Part shown: piece by piece, positions 1 to 6,897 of the stretch
Numbering within the stretch: position 1 is the stretch's first letter
How the letters are laid out: each line of letters starts with the position of its first letter
Assembly (NCBI GenBank): GCA_033762295.1
Contig: JANRLW010000074.1
Location: 1 to 10,182, forward strand
Origin: Capsulimonadales bacterium
Lineage (GTDB): Bacteria; Armatimonadota; Armatimonadia; Armatimonadales; Armatimonadaceae
Reading direction: 5' to 3'
Length of the DNA: 10,182 bases
Notes under the pieces: generated by a model
The model's database searches: none
What the model was told of the DNA's origin: nothing
Seen by the model: only the letters and a program-made list of their open reading frames with translations
Program-made: the position numbers and the translations under genes

Positions 1-539
1 TTCTCCGAGGGAACCGTAACGCGACCGTACGAGGATTCGTCGACGGAGAAGACTTCAAAGACAACACAGTCCGGATGGACGCTGACCACCGGATCGAGAA
101 TGATCCAGGCTTCCCGAAAATGCTTGAAGAGGTACTCGAAATACTTACGGGTCGCCGCGTAGTAATCCTGTCCCTGAAGCGCCGCTTCGAGCGGACGAAT
201 CCGCGTACGGAGATCCTCGATCTCCGTCTTTAGTTGGTCCCGCTCCCGCTTTTTCTCGGGAAGTTGTCGCAGTTGTGCGCCACGGGCTGCGTCAAGCTCC
301 TCCAGGTATCGTTCCTCAACCCATGCCTGATAGGCCGAATGATCCTTCGGCTTCGCACGAAAATCCGAGGCGACGACCTCGTATAACGCGAGCATGACAC
401 GGGCATACGACAAACTGTCGAGGATTCGCGCATTCAGTTCGACCCCCGGACGCGACAGTTCCGCGGACACCGAAAGACGCATTCCCGACGCGTCCATGGT
501 CGCCGAACTCGGCCGAGCGTACGCTTGAGTGACTTCCAT
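1..539 (-). CDS. N-terminal part of a putative SWIM zinc-finger family protein (runs off the left edge of the window)
   Basis: Manual translation from ATG at 539 (preceded by GGGAAGGGAACG) is open to position 1: MEVTQAYARPSSATMDASGMRLSVSAELSRPGVELNARILDSLSYARVMLALYEVVASDFRAKPKDHSAYQAWVEERYLEEL...RKYFEYLFKHFREAWIILDPVVSVHPDCVVFEVFSVDESSYGRV. The blocks VVxSDxRxKPKDxxAYxxW and LDPVxxVHPDxxxFExFSxDESSYG match, from memory, proteins annotated as SWIM Zn-finger family. The SWIM motif itself is not in the window. Confidence 0.75.
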   Translation of the reverse strand, partial: MEVTQAYARPSSATMDASGMRLSVSAELSRPGVELNARILDSLSYARVMLALYEVVASDFRAKPKDHSAYQAWVEERYLEELDAARGAQLRQLPEKKRERDQLKTEIEDLRTRIRPLEAALQGQDYYAATRKYFEYLFKHFREAWIILDPVVSVHPDCVVFEVFSVDESSYGRVTVPSE

Positions 540-648
540 CGTTCCCTTCCCATCGTTGGGGTGTTACCGGTCGAACCCCACTTCACGATAACTGCGGTAA
601 AACCCTCCTGCCCGGAACGAAAAGCGGGTAGTGCCTGCGGAAACCCCG

Positions 649-2364
649 CTAAAGACGGGATTTCTCCGCCCCTTTTCCCTCGGTTACGGTGTAAAACGTA
701 TCGACGGACAGGTTTTTCAGTCGATCCGTGATTCCGCTCGGCCACCGAATCTCCACCGAATCCACGATTTTTGCGTCGCCCAATCCGAAGTAGACCCGGT
801 GGTCGCTATGGGAGGCGTAACTGCTGCTGCTATGCACTTCGCTGAAATACTTCCGGTCGCCGCACGTCACGGTGATTTTCGCATGGTAGCCGTTCCGGTT
901 GCTCCTGGTCCCGATCGTTCGGAACGAAATCCAGTGCCCCCTGAGCGGGGCGTCGTTTCGGAACAATTGAGCCGGGCCGTTCTGGTTGCTGACAAGAAAG
1001 TCGATTCGTCCGTCATTGTCGAAATCGCCGGTTGCCAGCCCGCGCGAAACGGTCTCCGTTCCCAGATCCCCCAGATTATCCGTAATCTCGACGAAACGGC
1101 CGGTCCCATCGTTGCGGAAAAGCTGCTTCCGCTCCTTATATGTCACGCCTTCCGACGTCTCCGCGACCGAAAGGACGACATGACCGTTGGCAACGATCAG
1201 ATCCCGCCAGCCGTCCGCATCGTAATCGAAAAAGTCGCAACCGAACGCCAGGAACTTCATGTGCGGCAGCGCCACATTCGCCGCCATGCTTACGTCCTCG
1301 AAAAGACCGTTCCCGAGATTGCGGAAGAGGGTGTTCGGCTGCTGATGAAAGTTCGTGACGAACAGGCTTTCCCGCCCCGAGTTATCGTAATCGCCGACGC
1401 CGATGCCCATCCCGGCCAGGTGATGAGCATCGTAATCGTACGCCGTACCCGCCTCCTCCGATTTGTTGGTGAACGTTCCGTTCCCGTTATTTCGCCAGAG
1501 AAACTGGATATTCAGGTCGTTCGTGACGAAAAGATCCTCCCAGCCATCTCCATCGTAGTCCAGCCAGACCACCCCCAGACCATGCCCTTTCAGTTTGGCG
1601 ATCCCGCTTGGCTTCGAGACGTCGGTAAACGTTCCGTTCCCGTTATTCCGGTAAAGACGGTGCGTATCGGTATCGAGGACATCCGGGGTGCAGTACTCAT
1701 CCGCGCCTTTGGCCGATTTGCAGATGATGTTCCTTTCCGGAGTCCACCGGGCGTAGTGGCAGACATACAGGTCGAGGTCGCCATCCCGGTCGTAGTCGCC
1801 GAACGCTGAGGAGGTGGCATACCGTGGCCCGTCGTCGGTGTCGCCCACCCCGGCCCTTTCCGTAACATCCGTAAACCGCCCGGTTCCCCCCTCGTTTCGG
1901 AGCAGGTGATTCCCGCCGTAGGCAGTCACATACAGATCATCGAAGCCGTCGTTGTCATAATCTCCGACCGAAACGCCCTGACCATAACCGAAATCGCGGT
2001 CCAGTCCCGAACCCGCCGTCACCTCGGAAAAGGTCCCATCGCGGTTGTTTCGAAACAGAGCGCAATGGTCCTTCGGTTGGGGTGTCCCCGTTCTCGGAAT
2101 CGTCCCCGACTGCACGAGGAAAATATCCTGCCATCCGTCACGGTCGAAATCGATGAAGGCGCAGCCCGCCCCCGTTTCCTCGACATAATAGAACTTACCG
2201 GTCGCGCCCGTGCTATGGTAAAACGTGACCCCGGCCTTTTTCGCGACATCCGAAAAGAGCGGAGGGTTCCCCGGTGACGGAACGGCGGTCGGCCCGGTCG
2301 GTCGGCATGACCAGACCGAACCTGCCAGAAGAAGAGAAAGGCAAAGTCGCCAGTGTCGATTCAT
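649..2364 (-). CDS. CRTAC1 family protein (FG-GAP/VCBS-like beta-propeller plus C-terminal ASPIC/UnbV domain), probable lipoprotein
   Basis: 571 aa. Signal peptide ends in a lipobox-like VWSC. Seven DxDxDG-like motifs (DFDRDG, DYDNDG, DYDRDG, DYDGDG, DYDNSG, DYDADG, DFDNDG), repeated LxRNxGxGxFxDV, and C-terminal SYASHSDHRVYFGLG...VEIRWPSG typical of ASPIC/UnbV. Confidence 0.92.
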   Translation of the reverse strand: MNRHWRLCLSLLLAGSVWSCRPTGPTAVPSPGNPPLFSDVAKKAGVTFYHSTGATGKFYYVEETGAGCAFIDFDRDGWQDIFLVQSGTIPRTGTPQPKDHCALFRNNRDGTFSEVTAGSGLDRDFGYGQGVSVGDYDNDGFDDLYVTAYGGNHLLRNEGGTGRFTDVTERAGVGDTDDGPRYATSSAFGDYDRDGDLDLYVCHYARWTPERNIICKSAKGADEYCTPDVLDTDTHRLYRNNGNGTFTDVSKPSGIAKLKGHGLGVVWLDYDGDGWEDLFVTNDLNIQFLWRNNGNGTFTNKSEEAGTAYDYDAHHLAGMGIGVGDYDNSGRESLFVTNFHQQPNTLFRNLGNGLFEDVSMAANVALPHMKFLAFGCDFFDYDADGWRDLIVANGHVVLSVAETSEGVTYKERKQLFRNDGTGRFVEITDNLGDLGTETVSRGLATGDFDNDGRIDFLVSNQNGPAQLFRNDAPLRGHWISFRTIGTRSNRNGYHAKITVTCGDRKYFSEVHSSSSYASHSDHRVYFGLGDAKIVDSVEIRWPSGITDRLKNLSVDTFYTVTEGKGAEKSRL

Positions 2365-2373
2365 CTGATCCGT

Positions 2374-3561
2374 TTACGGAGCGATCGGCCGATTCTTCGC
2401 CCGTTCCGCGGCCAACTTTTCGGCGCGAGCGAGAAGCGCCCGGATTCCGGCGTCCTCCGGCCGGAGCTTTGCTGCCTTCCGAAGATAATAATCCGCCCGC
2501 TCCGGGTCGTTCGTACGTAAATAAAGCTCCCCGAGACGGCGCGGGTATTCCGGGTTATCCGGATACGTCGAACTCCTCACCACCAGCATCCGTTCATCGC
2601 CCGCGATCCGCTCCATTTCCAGAAAACGCTTTCGCGCGATGGCAGCCTTTTCCGGCATGCCTCCGGCCTGGTAGGCATTGGCCAGTTCCTTCGTCACCCG
2701 CGCTATATTGGGAAGTATCCGAATCGCGTTTTCCAGCTCCGGAATCGCCCGTTCCGGCTGTCGGAGCGAAAGGTACGCGCGCCCGAGCCCGAAATGTGCC
2801 CCGCCGTTCGCCTGACCGGTCTTCTCGGTCACGGCCAGCGATTTCCGAAACCACACGACGGCATCCTTCGCTCCCTGCGGTTGGTCCGCGCGGGCCAGAT
2901 CCGCCGTTCCCAACAGGTTGAACCCCTGGGGATCATCGGGACGGACTTTCAGCAATTGAGCGATCGCCGGGCGCATTTCGTCGTACAGGTACTGGTTGGC
3001 CAGCATCTCGACGTACATTCGCTGAATATCGACGTCCTCCGGTTGGAGTCGTGCCAGACGCCGCAGATACTCCAGTTGCTGTTTGGCATCGATACCCGGT
3101 CGCTGTGCCATCAGGGAGGTGATCAGGCCGAGCGCCGTAACGCAGTCCGGATCGCGTTTTAACTCCTCGCGCGAGACATCGATCGCTTCCACCTGATTGT
3201 CCACCCGGAGAAGACAGGCCGCCTGTTTGCAGAGAACATGCGGTTTGGTCGGCGCGAGCGTTGCCAGCCGCCGAAACGCCTCGACGCCCTTCTGCCAATC
3301 CTGATGCGAAAGATAGTACTCCGCCAGAAGTTCGCGGGCGGCGACATTGTCCGGATCGGCTTTGACGACCGCGAGCCATTCGGCCTCCGCCTCCGGCCCC
3401 TTTCGCTCACGAACAAAGGCTTCCGCCCGGTCAAAATGACGGTTCAGATCCCGGTTTCGCAGGTACCCGGCCAGAGTCCAGCCGCATACCAGAACGGCGG
3501 CCAGCCCTACCGGCAGAGCGATCTTTCGAAGAATATTCGGACCCACGGACTGTTGTACCAT
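2374..3561 (-). CDS. Tetratricopeptide-repeat protein with N-terminal membrane anchor
   Basis: Start moved from 3687 to ATG 3561 (MVQQSVG...), which removes the overlap with the 74-aa ORF. Hydrophobic segment IALPVGLAAVLVCGWTLAGYL is followed by TPR-like helices (AHFGLGRAYLSLRQPERAIPELENAIRILP; YPRRLGELYLRTNDPERADYYLRKAAKLRP). The stop is 9 bp upstream of the CRTAC1 start. Confidence 0.85.
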   Translation of the reverse strand: MVQQSVGPNILRKIALPVGLAAVLVCGWTLAGYLRNRDLNRHFDRAEAFVRERKGPEAEAEWLAVVKADPDNVAARELLAEYYLSHQDWQKGVEAFRRLATLAPTKPHVLCKQAACLLRVDNQVEAIDVSREELKRDPDCVTALGLITSLMAQRPGIDAKQQLEYLRRLARLQPEDVDIQRMYVEMLANQYLYDEMRPAIAQLLKVRPDDPQGFNLLGTADLARADQPQGAKDAVVWFRKSLAVTEKTGQANGGAHFGLGRAYLSLRQPERAIPELENAIRILPNIARVTKELANAYQAGGMPEKAAIARKRFLEMERIAGDERMLVVRSSTYPDNPEYPRRLGELYLRTNDPERADYYLRKAAKLRPEDAGIRALLARAEKLAAERAKNRPIAP

Positions 3562-3580
3562 GCCCGGCTCATCGTCCGTT

Positions 3581-3805
3581 CTAACGCCTTTCGGCCGTGC
3601 CGCCCGCCGGTGGTGCGCCTGCCGGTGGTCCGCCGCCCGGTCGAGCGCCCATCGGAGGTTTCCCCGATTGTTTGGCCATCGACGCATGGATCTCGTCGGC
3701 CAGTGCCCCGCCCGTCGCCTGACGGGTGGCGTAAAAACCGATCGCGACGACCGCCAGCACCACCGCCACGATGATTCCGATAAATACGGGAGTCGATAAC
3801 TTCAT
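3581..3805 (-). CDS. Small single-pass membrane protein with Gly/Pro-rich tail (hypothetical)
   Basis: 74 aa with a strongly hydrophobic N-terminal helix (VFIGIIVAVVLAVVAIGFYA) and tail KPPMGARPGGGPPAGAPPAGG. It fills the gap between the pilin and TPR genes on the same strand. Confidence 0.75.
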   Translation of the reverse strand: MKLSTPVFIGIIVAVVLAVVAIGFYATRQATGGALADEIHASMAKQSGKPPMGARPGGGPPAGAPPAGGTAERR

Positions 3806-3819
3806 GCTTTCACCCAGCG

Positions 3820-3864
3820 AAAGAAAACGGCTCCGGAAACCCGCCTGACACGAACCTCCGGAGC
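3820..3864 (-). terminator. Intrinsic terminator-like or mRNA-stabilising hairpin directly after the prepilin gene
   Basis: Minus-strand RNA reads GCUCCGGAGGUUCGU-GUCAG-GCGGGUUUCCGGAGC (8 Watson-Crick pairs, extended to 15 with G-U pairs), followed by CGUUUUCUUU. Confidence 0.65.
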
Positions 3865-3871
3865 GTGCCGA

Positions 3872-4798
3872 CTATTGCGCGTTCGACGCCGGCGGGAAGT
3901 TGGCCCAGAAGCCGTCCCCGCGGCAGCTGCCGTTCGGGTCGTCAAACCGGGTCTGCCCGGGCGTCGGTTCACCCGTCTGCCACTCGTTCTGATCGGTCGT
4001 AACACCGTTCAGCGTGATGGTCTGCGCCCAGGTGCGCGCCTTGACATGGCCGTCGAAATAGATGAAGTTCCCCTTGCCGCCCGGCCCCGGATATTTGGTA
4101 TGGGTGTAAAGACGATACCGGTTGTAGGGGTCGGTATCGTTCTTCCAGGACCACATCCACTCGGCGTTCAGGTCGGCGTCCGTTCGGATGCTCTCGGCAA
4201 CCATGATCGTATTCGCCGGCCGGGCGATCGAAGCGTCGGTGGCGGCGATACGACCGTTGTCGGCGACCGTCGTCCAGCCGTTGGTCGCATCCACTTCACG
4301 GAAAACGCTCGCCGGAACCCAGGTCGACGCGCAGGCGTTGAAGCCGTAGCTGATCGGGAACTGCCGGTCCGGCATGAACTGATACCCTTCGGCGTTGCGC
4401 GACGCGCCGTCGCTCCATCCGGTGTTCGGACCGGGGCCGAGCGGTCGGCTGTTCGGGTTCGACGGACAGGAGAAGATCCCGGTGTTCTTGACATACGGCT
4501 GAACGACGTTGCGCCAGGTCAGAACCGAATCCGCCGGGACATTCGGGAAGTTCGTGGCCGTGGCCAGGGCGACACGAATAGGCGAAAACGTTTCATCGTA
4601 GTCCTGAACATACATCCGGACGGCGAGTCCGAGCTGCTTCATGTTCGAAAGACAGGAGGTCTGACGGGCTTTTTCCCGGGCCTGGGCGAAGACCGGGAAC
4701 AGGATGGCTGCCAGAATGGCGATAATGGCGATGACGACGAGCAGTTCGATCAGCGTGAACCCTCGTCGAGCGCCGCGAAGTCCGAACTTGGCGGTCAT
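3872..4798 (-). CDS. Prepilin-type N-terminal cleavage/methylation domain protein (DUF1559-like, H-X9-DG-type C-terminal motif)
   Basis: Class III signal [27 protein letters not shown], then [33 protein letters not shown] and SYGFN blocks, and C-terminal H...[13 protein letters not shown]-like AAGGA lies upstream and the start overlaps the LacI stop (ATGA). Confidence 0.93.
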   Translation of the reverse strand: MTAKFGLRGARRGFTLIELLVVIAIIAILAAILFPVFAQAREKARQTSCLSNMKQLGLAVRMYVQDYDETFSPIRVALATATNFPNVPADSVLTWRNVVQPYVKNTGIFSCPSNPNSRPLGPGPNTGWSDGASRNAEGYQFMPDRQFPISYGFNACASTWVPASVFREVDATNGWTTVADNGRIAATDASIARPANTIMVAESIRTDADLNAEWMWSWKNDTDPYNRYRLYTHTKYPGPGGKGNFIYFDGHVKARTWAQTITLNGVTTDQNEWQTGEPTPGQTRFDDPNGSCRGDGFWANFPPASNAQ

Positions 4799-5898
4799 TT
4801 TGAAGTCCTTTCCGATTCCGATTCCGTGTTCTCCCCTTTTATCGGACGCCCGCCCGGAAGCGGCGACGTCGATCCACGTACGATCAGTTCCGGCTCCATC
4901 AGATAAGTCCGCGCCGGTACGTCCTTGTTGTCAATACGGTCCAGCAGAAGCCCGAGCGCCTTGCCCCCGATCTCACGGACCGGCTGGCGAATCGTCGTCA
5001 GTCCCGGCGTCACGAGCGCGGCGGAAGGGGAATCGTCAAACCCGATGATCGACAGGTCCTCCGGAACCCGCACGCCCCGCTCCTGCGCCGCTCGCATTGC
5101 CGCAATCGCGATCGCATCGTTCCCGGCGACAATCGCCGTCGGTACGTGCGGCAACGACAAAAGCGCGGCGACCGCCTCGCCTGCGTGGTCCCCACTGTAC
5201 GCGCAGACGTGAACATACCCGTCCTCGATGATCCCGCCGCCGCGCGCCATCGCCTCCTCGAACGCCTGACGCCGGACGGGAACGCTCACCATATCGGCAT
5301 TCCCCGTCAGGTGAGCGATCCGCCGATGACCCAGGTCCAGCAGATGCGCACAGGCCAACGTGATTCCGGCGACATTGTCCACATCCACCGACGGCACCCC
5401 GAACGTATCCGCGCAATAGGCGACCGTCACCAGCGGAATATGAAGCGCGGTCAGCCGTTCAACGACCGTCGACTCCGAGGTCGGCGCAACCACGATGATC
5501 CCGTCCGTCCGGCCATCGCGAAAACGGGCGGCGTTCTGCGGCGTGTCCTGCCATGGCTCGCCGTAAAGCGTCACATTGTTACCGAAGGGGAATGCGGCGG
5601 CGACGATCCCCTCCAGCACCGCACCGGAATAAGGGTTCGTCAAAGCGCCGATCGGATCGATCATGCCGAAGAGGACGCCGACCGTGTTGAGCCGACGGCG
5701 AGCCAGCCCCCGGGCCATCGCGTTGGGATAGTATCCGAGAGAGTGGGCTACTTCCTGAATCCGCTGACGGGTTACCGGAGAAACACGCGTGTTCGAACGC
5801 GATCCGTTCAAAACGACGGACGCGGTGAACAGACTGACTCCCGCGTTCTCGGCGATATCCCGCAACGTCGGGGCTTTGCGGCGTTCCTGGCTCGACAT
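4795..5898 (-). CDS. LacI family transcriptional regulator
   Basis: [24 protein letters not shown], hinge [10 protein letters not shown], and sugar-binding fold motifs [39 protein letters not shown]. Start moved from 5967 to ATG 5898 because the extension overlaps the operator. Confidence 0.95.
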   Translation of the reverse strand: MSSQERRKAPTLRDIAENAGVSLFTASVVLNGSRSNTRVSPVTRQRIQEVAHSLGYYPNAMARGLARRRLNTVGVLFGMIDPIGALTNPYSGAVLEGIVAAAFPFGNNVTLYGEPWQDTPQNAARFRDGRTDGIIVVAPTSESTVVERLTALHIPLVTVAYCADTFGVPSVDVDNVAGITLACAHLLDLGHRRIAHLTGNADMVSVPVRRQAFEEAMARGGGIIEDGYVHVCAYSGDHAGEAVAALLSLPHVPTAIVAGNDAIAIAAMRAAQERGVRVPEDLSIIGFDDSPSAALVTPGLTTIRQPVREIGGKALGLLLDRIDNKDVPARTYLMEPELIVRGSTSPLPGGRPIKGENTESESERTSK

Positions 5899-5946
5899 GG
5901 GCACCTTAGCCACTGGAAGAAACTTACGGATGGAGTGACCAAAACG

Positions 5947-5968
5947 GTTGACCAAGCATTTGGTCAAC
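5947..5968. promoter_or_regulatory. Palindromic operator, probably bound by the adjacent LacI regulator
   Basis: GTTGACCAA-GCAT-TTGGTCAAC has perfect 9-bp arms and lies just downstream of the predicted -10. An extra TGACCAA half-site is at 5936-5942. Confidence 0.7.
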
Positions 5969-5977
5969 TATGTAATT

Positions 5978-6006
5978 AGTGTAACAGGGAAACAGCGGGC
6001 TGTCAA
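5978..6006 (-). promoter_or_regulatory. Sigma70-type promoter for the lacI-prepilin cluster
   Basis: Minus strand: TTGACA (6006-6001), 17-nt spacer, TACACT (5983-5978), with an extended -10 TGn (TGT-TACACT), in a locally AT-rich stretch. Confidence 0.8.
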
Positions 6007-6090
6007 TAGCGACACCGGACGACGCGTCAAAAACCTTGCTCGCGATATCCGCGCTTGCCGACCCGGGGCAAACGGAGATAAAACAGTCGT

Positions 6091-6897
6091 ATGCTTACCG
6101 CGACTTTTCTGCACGCGCCCGGGATCGGGGAAACGACCGAGAAACGGCTCTGGCAACGGGGTATCCGTTCCTGGAAGCGTGCGCTGTCGGCGACCCCCGC
6201 CGAACTGGCCCTCTCCAAAGCGAAAATCGCCACGTTTCTCCCCGCCGTCGCCGCGTCGCAGGAGGCGCTCACCCGGAACGATCACCGGTACTTCGCTTCG
6301 TTACTGCCGGCCCGGGAACACTGGCGGGCGATGGAGGCCTTCGGCGATCGCATCGGCTTCCTCGATATAGAAACCAATGGCGGGTTCCGACCGGACGACA
6401 TTACCCTGATCGGCGTCTACGATGGGTTCGAAAGCCGCTTCTATGTCCAGGGGAAAAACCTTGCCGACTTTGTCGCGGAGACCGAACGCTGCGCCCTCTG
6501 GGTCACCTACTTCGGTACCGGTTTCGATCTTCCGTTTCTGAAACGCCGGTTCCCCGAAATCCCTTTCGACCAGTTGCACGTCGACCTTTGCCCGCTGCTC
6601 CGTCGACTCGGGTATACCGGCGGGTTGAAACGCGTGGAGGAATCGGTCGGTCTTCGCCGCCCGCCCGAGGTCGATGGAATGTCGGGGATGGATGCCGTTC
6701 ACCTCTGGAACCGGTACCGCCGCTACCGAAACACGGACGCGCTCGAACGGCTGATTCAGTATAATCGCGCCGATATCGAGAACCTGAAACCGCTGTTCGA
6801 TTTTGCCTACCCGCGACTTCGCGAACGGATCGGCTTTGACGGAGAGAGCGCCGCCGGTTCCCCCCTGCAACCGGCGGACGGGACGACTGAGCTTTAG
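6091..6897 (+). CDS. YprB-like RNase H-fold (RNase_H_2) 3'-5' exonuclease with N-terminal HhH-like motif
   Basis: N-terminal PGIGETTEKRLWQRGIRSW, ExoI FLDIETNG, ExoII GxxFDLPFL, HVDL...GGLKRVE, and ExoIII LIQYNRADIENL. Confidence 0.88.
   Translation: MLTATFLHAPGIGETTEKRLWQRGIRSWKRALSATPAELALSKAKIATFLPAVAASQEALTRNDHRYFASLLPAREHWRAMEAFGDRIGFLDIETNGGFRPDDITLIGVYDGFESRFYVQGKNLADFVAETERCALWVTYFGTGFDLPFLKRRFPEIPFDQLHVDLCPLLRRLGYTGGLKRVEESVGLRRPPEVDGMSGMDAVHLWNRYRRYRNTDALERLIQYNRADIENLKPLFDFAYPRLRERIGFDGESAAGSPLQPADGTTEL

Noticed and set aside
540..648. Retron msr/msd ncRNA
   Set aside because: No adjacent RT in the window and no long msd-type stem; kept only as a possible structured leader.
618..650. 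Possible terminator after CRTAC1 (AGCGGG...CCCGCT followed by TTT)
   Set aside because: Only a 6-bp stem with a 16-nt loop and a short U-run; too weak to call.
230..745. Short ORFs 230..433, 434..745 and 525..731
   Set aside because: Out-of-frame or antisense to the better-supported ORF starting at 539 and to the CRTAC1 3' end.
631..1809. 392-aa plus-strand ORF
   Set aside because: Antisense shadow of the CRTAC1 gene with no recognisable motifs; such ORFs are common in GC-rich DNA.
950..2160. Recurring DNA words such as AACGTTCCGTTCCCGTTATT (about 1472 and 1628) as CRISPR or mobile repeats
   Set aside because: They encode the repeated NNGNGTF propeller-blade motif within the CRTAC1 CDS and are not regularly spaced.
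3562..3687. N-terminal extension of the TPR ORF in the track
   Set aside because: It overlaps the 74-aa membrane protein gene and is not protein-like; ATG 3561 fits better.
3875..4906. 343-aa plus-strand ORF
   Set aside because: Antisense to the well-supported prepilin gene; Arg/Gly-rich with no domain features.
5146..5979. 277-aa plus-strand ORF
   Set aside because: Antisense shadow of lacI.
6055..6090. Possible promoter TTGCCG-18-TAAAAC for the exonuclease gene (leaderless)
   Set aside because: Weak consensus match, and a GGAG upstream offers an alternative reading.
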